A stretch of 39,827 bases of DNA from Vulcanimicrobiota bacterium (lineage in GTDB: Bacteria; Vulcanimicrobiota; Vulcanimicrobiia; Vulcanimicrobiales; Vulcanimicrobiaceae). The DNA lies in contig PMHO01000038.1 in NCBI GenBank assembly GCA_003156715.1, positions 21,891-61,717 of the forward strand. Reading direction: 5' to 3'. Under the pieces are notes generated by a model, which saw only the letters and a list, made by a program, of their open reading frames with translations, did no database searches and was not told where the DNA came from. Shown here one piece after another: positions 34,119 through 39,827 of the stretch (the stretch's first letter is position 1; each line of letters starts with the position of its first letter). The position numbers were made by a program, and so were the translations under genes.

Positions 34119-34839
34119 TGAACCGCTGCTGCGGCTCGACGGGGTCGACGCGTTTTACGGAAAGAGCCATGCGCTACGAGGGGTATCGCTCGAAGTGCAC
34201 GCGGGTGAGATCGTCGCTCTGCTCGGGCTCAACGGGGCCGGCAAGACGACGACGTTGCGAACCATCATGGGACTGCTGCCGCCGCGGGCGGGTACGATCC
34301 GTTTGCGAGGAAGGCGCATCGACGGCATGCCGGCCCACCGCGTGGCGCGGCTCGGCGTCGGATACGTCCCCGAAGGCAGGCGCATGTTCGCGAACCTGAC
34401 CGCCGGCGAGAATCTCGAACTCGCCGAACGCCCCGGCGGCGAGTGGTCGATCCAGCGCGTGTTCGAACGATTCCCGAAGCTGCGCGAGCTGCGCGGGCGC
34501 AAAGCCGGTAAACTCTCGGGCGGCGAGCAGGAAATGCTAGCCATCGGACGTGCGCTCGTCGGAAGTCCAGCCCTGCTGCTCATCGACGAACCCTCACAAG
34601 GGCTAGGCCCCATCATCGTTACCGACGTCTATCGAACCCTCGCCGAGCTCCGCGCCGGCGGCGTTGCGATTCTCCTCGTCGAGCAAAACGCATTGCTTGC
34701 CCTCAGGGTAGCGGAACGCGCCTACGTCCTCGATGATGGCCGCGTCGTCTACGCCGGAGCCGGCGCTGATCTCGCCCGCGACCGGGCTCGCATCGGCACG
34801 CTGATGGGGCTTCCGAGCGACGAGTTGCCGGTTTCGTGA
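34111..34839 (+). CDS. ABC transporter ATP-binding protein (LivF-like), second system
   Basis: GTG 34111 gives VPDEPLLRLDGVDAFYG, followed by GLNGAGKTTTL, LSGGEQEM and LLIDEP. Confidence 0.8.
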   Translation: MPDEPLLRLDGVDAFYGKSHALRGVSLEVHAGEIVALLGLNGAGKTTTLRTIMGLLPPRAGTIRLRGRRIDGMPAHRVARLGVGYVPEGRRMFANLTAGENLELAERPGGEWSIQRVFERFPKLRELRGRKAGKLSGGEQEMLAIGRALVGSPALLLIDEPSQGLGPIIVTDVYRTLAELRAGGVAILLVEQNALLALRVAERAYVLDDGRVVYAGAGADLARDRARIGTLMGLPSDELPVS

Positions 34840-34847
34840 CGTCCCTG

Positions 34848-35627
34848 CTAGTCAGCCGGCGGGAGCTCGCTGTCGAAATACGCATCGGGCACGCTCGCCG
34901 GAAAGTTGATATCGTTTAGATCGTCGACGACTCGCTCGGTCCTCGTCGATGAGCCCTCGCGCAGCGTGGCATCCGCCTCGATGTGAACGATGGTCCAGAT
35001 AGCAGCCGGCCCGATCGGTGCAAAGCGATACCATACGAGCGCGTGCGCGTGCTTTTCGTCGTATGGCCGATCGTACGTCAGCTGAACGATCTGGAAACTC
35101 GATTCCTCGACCCATAGCGCGCGCAACGGATAGCGGTCCGGATCGATCCGCGGATGCAGAACGAGGTGGTAGCAGAGCCGTTCGCCGACGAACTCTTCGC
35201 CGGCCAGCAAGACGTCGTAGACCTCGGCGCTGGCGGTCACGGTCGCTATCGTTTGCAGCGGGTCCGCAGTCAGGTTTGGAGGCAGCGACGGAAGCGGCGA
35301 TGCGCTGCCGTCGGGAAGCGCGCGGTAGAAGCCGAGCGGCGTGTCCAAGGGCCCGGCGATATAACCTCCGCGCAGCAGAACCTTCGATGCCGCCCCGGCC
35401 GCGACCGTCCGCGCATACGAGCGACCGTCGCTCATTCGAACGATGAATTCCACGCGATCGGTTTCGGAACAAAGCGACGCCAAGAACGTGTTCTCACAGT
35501 CGATCCGGAACGACAGGTACCCAGGGACGACACGAGCCTGCCAAACGCGCTGCGCCTGGCGAAAGATATCATCCGGCGACGGAGCCGTCGTCGCTTGGGC
35601 AAGCGCAAAGAGGGCCAGCTGGATCAT
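34848..35627 (-). CDS. Exported hypothetical protein (signal peptide MIQLALFALAQATTAPS...)
   Basis: There is a signal-peptide-like N-terminus from ATG 35627. The rest has protein-like composition and no motif I recognise. Confidence 0.5.
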   Translation of the reverse strand: MIQLALFALAQATTAPSPDDIFRQAQRVWQARVVPGYLSFRIDCENTFLASLCSETDRVEFIVRMSDGRSYARTVAAGAASKVLLRGGYIAGPLDTPLGFYRALPDGSASPLPSLPPNLTADPLQTIATVTASAEVYDVLLAGEEFVGERLCYHLVLHPRIDPDRYPLRALWVEESSFQIVQLTYDRPYDEKHAHALVWYRFAPIGPAAIWTIVHIEADATLREGSSTRTERVVDDLNDINFPASVPDAYFDSELPPAD

Positions 35628-35692
35628 TTGACTCGCTCGGAAGCATAGCACGAACGCGGACGCGCCACGATCTCGCCCCGAAATGAGAATAC

Positions 35693-37270
35693 GTGAGGAC
35701 TCCGAAGGCTTGGTGCGTGCACGCACCGAGCCGTCGCGCGGCGCTTTTTGTTGCCGTGCTGGCCGTTGCGGTCGTCGTCTTTCGCGGCCGCGCGTGGTTT
35801 TTTCCGTACGGTGATGCCTCGACGGGCTTGTACCTGCATATCGCGGCAGCTTTGCTTGACGGTCATCTGCCCTACACCTCGGCCTGGGATTACCGGCCTC
35901 CCGGCCTCTTCGCGCTGTACGCGGCGGCGTTGGCGCTCTTCGGCCCGCGGCTGGCGTGGAACGTCCTCACCTCGCTCGCTCTCGGCGCAACGGCGCTTGC
36001 AGTGGGGCTTCTCGCGCGGCGGCTGGACGCGCGAACGCCATCGAGCGCGGCCTGGTGCGCGGCGGCGTTCTTCGTGCTGCTGGCGCCCGAAAACGACGGG
36101 CTCTGGGGCAATACCGAGGTCGAGATTTCGGCCTTTGTCGCGTGGTCGCTTTGGTTCGCAATGTGCGACCGGCGCGGATTCGCGGCGCCGCTGGCGAGCG
36201 GCCTTCTGGCCGGGTGCGCTCTGCAATGCAAGCTCTCCGCGCTGCTCCTCACCTTGCTCCCTGCCGCTATCATCCTGCTCGGTAACGGCAATGCGGCGCT
36301 CAAATTCCGGCGCGCGTCTCTGTTCGTGGCAGGCTTCGCGGCACCGATCGCGGTGGAAGTTGCGGCGTACGTGCAGGCCGGCGTTTTGCCACTCTTGCTC
36401 TTCGCGACCTTTGATGCAACCTCTCGCCGAGCGCACGAGCTCAATCTCGACTACTATCGGGCAAACGTGCGCTGGCTCATCGGCCAGCTTTTCATTCTGG
36501 CTCCGCAGATCGAGCTCGCGCTTTTCGCACGGCCGGCATTCCCCGCCGCTGCGCTCGCATCATGGGGATGGCTGATCGCGGCCCTGGCCTCGATCGTCCT
36601 CGAAGGAGAGTTTTTCCACTATCATTTCATCTTGCTCGCCGCGCCTGTGGCGCTGCTGGGAGCGCTCGGATTCCTGCGGCTCCTGCGCAGGTTCGCCGGC
36701 AGTGCCGCACGACGCCGTGCGATTTGGATTGCCGTTTTCGCGCTGACGTTCGGGTTGCACGATTACTACGAGACGGTTCAGGGCGCTACGTTCGCTGTCC
36801 ACCGCCGGCTCTTACACGATGCAGGCTGGCGAACCGACCCGACATCGGCCTTGATCGCAGCTTTGCGGCGCGTAGCACCGGGGGAACGCTCGATTCTGCT
36901 CGTCGGACAGAGCCCGTTCGTTTACGATCTGCTAGGCGTCGCGGCGCCAACGCGCTTTACGGCTCCCGTCATCTGGCTCGACCCCCGTCTGTCAGCGATG
37001 GCCGGCAGTGACGCGCAGGGCGAGTTAGCCCGGCTTTTCCGGCTGCAGCCGAACGTCGCGGTCGTCTCAAAGCTCGACGATCCGACCTACGACCCAGGTC
37101 GAGTACGGTTGCTCAAACGGTGGCTGGGATTGAATTACCGTCCCGTTTTTGCCGCGACGGATTTCACGATCTTCCGCGCTATTCGAGCGACGCGGAGCGC
37201 GTCTCCTCGGATCGTATCGCGACTGGAACGGGCCTGCGCTCGATCGGAGAGGAGAGCACGACCAGGGTAA
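35693..37270 (+). CDS. GT-C-fold membrane glycosyltransferase (ArnT/PMT-like)
   Basis: There are multiple TM segments. The loop motif AALLDGHLPYTSAWDYRPPG is typical of PMT/ArnT-type enzymes, and the C-terminal domain is large and soluble. The 3' end overlaps the convergent Lrp gene by about 90 bp, so one of the two ends may be over-called. Confidence 0.65.
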   Translation: MRTPKAWCVHAPSRRAALFVAVLAVAVVVFRGRAWFFPYGDASTGLYLHIAAALLDGHLPYTSAWDYRPPGLFALYAAALALFGPRLAWNVLTSLALGATALAVGLLARRLDARTPSSAAWCAAAFFVLLAPENDGLWGNTEVEISAFVAWSLWFAMCDRRGFAAPLASGLLAGCALQCKLSALLLTLLPAAIILLGNGNAALKFRRASLFVAGFAAPIAVEVAAYVQAGVLPLLLFATFDATSRRAHELNLDYYRANVRWLIGQLFILAPQIELALFARPAFPAAALASWGWLIAALASIVLEGEFFHYHFILLAAPVALLGALGFLRLLRRFAGSAARRRAIWIAVFALTFGLHDYYETVQGATFAVHRRLLHDAGWRTDPTSALIAALRRVAPGERSILLVGQSPFVYDLLGVAAPTRFTAPVIWLDPRLSAMAGSDAQGELARLFRLQPNVAVVSKLDDPTYDPGRVRLLKRWLGLNYRPVFAATDFTIFRAIRATRSASPRIVSRLERACARSERRARPG

Positions 37271-37688
37271 TGATCTGACTCGACTGCGCCAGGTAGTCGA
37301 TCACTTCTTCCAGGTGCGCGACGTCGCGCAGGACGACGCGAGCGATGAATGAGACGTGACCCGTGACCCGATGGCATTCCAGAATCTCCGGCCGAGTTCG
37401 AGCAAGTGCGGCAAAGCGTGAATCCGGGCCGTTGGGTTGAATGAGAAGGAAGGCCGTTACCGGATAGCCGGTCTTGCGGCCCGCAATGTTGGCTTGATAC
37501 CCGAGGATGACCCCGTCTTCTTCTAACCGGCGTACGCGTTCGGTGACGCTCGTGGCCGAAAGGTTGACCCGCGCTGCAATTTTTGCGAACGGTTCCCGGG
37601 CCTTCTCCTGAAGCACTTCGACCAGGGCTGCGTCGATGCGATCGAGGCCTTGCCCTCCATGCGCCGAGCCGTTCCTTCGCGCATTCAC
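37179..37688 (-). CDS. Lrp/AsnC-family transcriptional regulator
   Basis: LDRIDAALVEVLQEKAREPFAKIAARVNLSATSVTERVRRLEEDGVILGYQANI is an Lrp HTH, followed by an RAM domain. A GTG start near 37688 is inferred because the longer track N-terminus is not protein-like. Confidence 0.7.
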   Translation of the reverse strand: MNARRNGSAHGGQGLDRIDAALVEVLQEKAREPFAKIAARVNLSATSVTERVRRLEEDGVILGYQANIAGRKTGYPVTAFLLIQPNGPDSRFAALARTRPEILECHRVTGHVSFIARVVLRDVAHLEEVIDYLAQSSQIITLVVLSSPIERRPVPVAIRSEETRSASLE

Positions 37689-37781
37689 CTTATTCTGGGA
37701 AGCCACAGCAATCAGGGGCTTATTCCGTGGATTGTGTCTTCCCTCCGAGCCGCGGTACTCGTACGCTCCGTAACGCACCGC

Positions 37782-38633
37782 ATGCTCGACTGCATCATCG
37801 CAACCTGTTCAAGCGTTCCCGATCTTGACCCCGACGATCGTTTGCTGCTGCAGGCCCTGCGGGCGCGAGGGTTTGCGGTCGAGACGGGCGTCTGGAACGA
37901 TCCGTCCGTCAACTGGTCGGCGGCGCGCCTCTGCCTGCTGCGTTCGACTTGGGACTATCCCAAACGCTTCGAGCATTTCTCGCGTTGGCTCGACGCGACC
38001 AACCGGGCGACGCTCGTTCGCAACCCGGCCTGGCTCGTCCGCTGGAATAGCCACAAAGGATACTTACGTGACCTCGCTCGCGCGGGCATCCCGACAGTTC
38101 CAACCGCCTGGATACAGCGCGGATGCCGGGCCGATCTTGTCAGCCTGCTCGCGGACCGCGGTTGGAGCGAGGCCATCGTCAAGCCGGCGCTTGGAGCGGC
38201 CGGACTAAACGTGCTTCGGGTGTCGCCTGGCTCGATGGAGCACGCGCAAACTCACCTCACTTCCCTACTGAAGGACCAGGATGTTATGCTGCAGCCCTAC
38301 CTGGAAGCGGCCCCGCACCCGGAGCTCTCGCTCGTCTTCATTGCGGGAACGTATTCCCACGCGGTTTCCAAGAAAGCTTTCGATACGAAGCTTGCCATCG
38401 GAGATGCCGCCGCGCGGCGCGTCGCGCCGACGGAACGCGAACGGGACGTGGCCGCCCGAGCGATCGACGCCGTGCCGGGCGGGCCGCCCCTCTACGGGCG
38501 CGTCGACATCTTTCGAAGCGGCAACGGCGCCGTCTTCGTAAACGAAGTGGAGTTGATCGAACCCGCGCTGTACCTCGGCGCCCACCTACCGGCAGCAGGC
38601 CGCCTCGCCGACGCAATCGCACGCGAACTTTAG
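37782..38633 (+). CDS. ATP-grasp-fold protein (RimK/glutathionylspermidine-synthase-like ligase)
   Basis: From ATG 37782 the product contains YLRDLARAGIPTVPTAWI, AIVKPALGAAGLNVLRV, VMLQPYLE and GRVDIFRSGNGAVFVNEVELIEP, a pattern typical of ATP-grasp enzymes. Confidence 0.65.
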   Translation: MLDCIIATCSSVPDLDPDDRLLLQALRARGFAVETGVWNDPSVNWSAARLCLLRSTWDYPKRFEHFSRWLDATNRATLVRNPAWLVRWNSHKGYLRDLARAGIPTVPTAWIQRGCRADLVSLLADRGWSEAIVKPALGAAGLNVLRVSPGSMEHAQTHLTSLLKDQDVMLQPYLEAAPHPELSLVFIAGTYSHAVSKKAFDTKLAIGDAAARRVAPTERERDVAARAIDAVPGGPPLYGRVDIFRSGNGAVFVNEVELIEPALYLGAHLPAAGRLADAIAREL

Positions 38634-38829
38634 GACGAGAACCCGCTCGCAGCAAGCCCTGGAGAAAGGTTGGCGAAGTCCGTGGAATCCGCCGGCAAGA
38701 CGGGCATTCGCCGTGCATGCTGCGTATGCAAATGTCCCGCCGGGGGCTATCATCCACGCAAAGATAACCCAAGTCACACGCGACGCGAGGAGACCCCCTT
38801 TGCGCCCGTCACGTTCGTTGCCGACCCAG

Positions 38830-39753
38830 ATGACGCGCGCTCTCTGCCGCACGTTCGCCGCTGCATGTTATTTGGCACCGCTGGCTGCCTCGGCTCATGC
38901 AGGAACGGGGACAATGGGCCTCATCTACGTAGCGGATCCGTTCGCGCCGACGGGAAATGGCCCCGGCATCGTTTACGTCTTTCCGCAACGTGGAATCGAC
39001 CCGCAACCCATCGCAGAGATCCGAGACGGAATCGAAAGGCCGGAGGGCCTCGCGGTCGATGCAGACGGCACCCTCTACGTGGCCAATAACGGGGACAATA
39101 CGATAAAGGCCTATCGCGCAGGCGAGATGCGGCCGAGCAAGATCTATCAGATACCGCACCCTTACATGGGCGTCGACGACGTCGCGGTGGGACCCGACCG
39201 AACGGTCTACGCGTCGGGTTCGAGCCGCAAGGGGTTCATCGCGGAGTTTCCAAAGGGGTCGACGCAAGCCGGCCTCGTCATAAAGATGAACACGGACGCG
39301 ATCGCGGTCGATGCCGGCAATAACCTTTACGCCGTTCTCGCAGCGTCGCCCGCGCAGGTGTACGTCTTTTCTCCAGGATCGACGCGCGGAACGAGTCTCG
39401 ATTTCACGATGGGTCTCTCCTACGGAATCGCTATCGACGCGCAGCACCACATCGTCGTAGCGGACCTCGGCACACAATCGATCGAGATCTTCGCCGAGGG
39501 GTTCCAGCAGCCGTTGCGTACGATCACCGATGGCGTCGTCAACCCCGCGCGTTTGGCATTCGACGCCCGCGGAAACCATCTCTACGTTACGGTCGCCGAC
39601 GACTATTCCACGTGTCCGACCGGCGCTTGCCGCATCGTTGTCGGCTACGAGTATCCACGCGACCGGATTTTCTCCGCGTTCTTCTTCGCTAGCCCCGTGA
39701 TCGTCACGGGCTTCGCCTACGGGATCGCCTTGAGCCCAGCGGTGTATCATTAA
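38830..39753 (+). CDS. Secreted NHL/SMP-30-like beta-propeller repeat protein
   Basis: The signal peptide is MTRALCRTFAAACYLAPLAASAHA. Repeated LYVAN..GDNTI / LYAV... / HIVVADLGTQSI / HLYVTVADD blades follow. Confidence 0.65.
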   Translation: MTRALCRTFAAACYLAPLAASAHAGTGTMGLIYVADPFAPTGNGPGIVYVFPQRGIDPQPIAEIRDGIERPEGLAVDADGTLYVANNGDNTIKAYRAGEMRPSKIYQIPHPYMGVDDVAVGPDRTVYASGSSRKGFIAEFPKGSTQAGLVIKMNTDAIAVDAGNNLYAVLAASPAQVYVFSPGSTRGTSLDFTMGLSYGIAIDAQHHIVVADLGTQSIEIFAEGFQQPLRTITDGVVNPARLAFDARGNHLYVTVADDYSTCPTGACRIVVGYEYPRDRIFSAFFFASPVIVTGFAYGIALSPAVYH

Positions 39754-39827
39754 ACTCCGCCCGCCTGCAGTGGAGAGCGCGATGCGGTTCGTCCCGAAAG
39801 GTTTCCAAGGCCTGATGCCGGCGGCCG

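Noticed and set aside
35624-36575. ORFs 35624..36436 (-) and 35748..36575 (+) overlapping the GT-C glycosyltransferase
   Set aside because: They are alternate-frame artifacts. The 35693 frame gives a coherent multi-TM GT-C protein.
1-39827. Searches for CRISPR arrays, tRNA/rRNA genes, transposases, integrases or phage genes
   Set aside because: No direct-repeat arrays, no recognisable tRNA cloverleaf candidates that I could verify by eye, and no transposase or integrase-like ORFs were seen. A tRNA or sRNA scan by software would be needed to be certain.

Overview
This is a high-GC (~68-70%) bacterial chromosomal window that contains a compact bacterial microcompartment (BMC) locus. Because of the GC content, most long ORFs in the six-frame track are antisense or alternate-frame artifacts. 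I called genes only where the translated sequence shows recognisable family motifs, plausible ribosome-binding sites, and operon-style start/stop overlaps.

Layout, left to right:
- **Dehydrogenase / phosphotransfer module (1-8177, + strand except the first gene).** It holds a partial Ldh_2-family dehydrogenase (- strand), a HIBADH-type dehydrogenase, a tandem histidine phosphatase (PGAM-like), a small unknown protein, a pyruvate-phosphate-dikinase-like enzyme, and a GAF+PucR regulator.
- **Core BMC operon (8136-13294, - strand).** Gene order is BMC-P (vertex), BMC-H, CoA-acylating aldehyde dehydrogenase, BMC-T (permuted tandem), an LDH-like malate dehydrogenase with a ~150-aa N-terminal extension, and a Zn alcohol dehydrogenase.
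- **Divergent + strand satellite genes (13471-20185).** These are an unknown 340-aa protein, a HAD phosphatase with a Cys-rich/Pro-rich/amphipathic C-terminal tail, a stand-alone PEP-utilising swivel (phospho-His) domain, an unknown 473-aa protein, a second BMC-H, a GntR/FCD regulator and a Rieske oxygenase alpha subunit.
- **Right flank.** It holds a secreted type-B carboxylesterase, an NAD-epimerase-family protein, two oppositely oriented Liv-type ABC transporter operons (each with a Tat-signal binding protein) either side of a GH130 phosphorylase-like gene, an exported hypothetical, a GT-C glycosyltransferase, an Lrp regulator, an ATP-grasp protein and an NHL beta-propeller.

The candidate undescribed system is the BMC locus itself. 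The aldehyde dehydrogenase is its only canonical core enzyme, and I found no phosphotransacylase or acyl kinase in the window. Its enzyme complement matches no described metabolosome I know of: an apparently shell-targeted malate dehydrogenase, PPDK-like and swivel-domain phosphotransfer proteins, histidine- and HAD-type phosphatases, and a Rieske oxygenase. I recognised no rRNA, tRNA, CRISPR array or mobile element.
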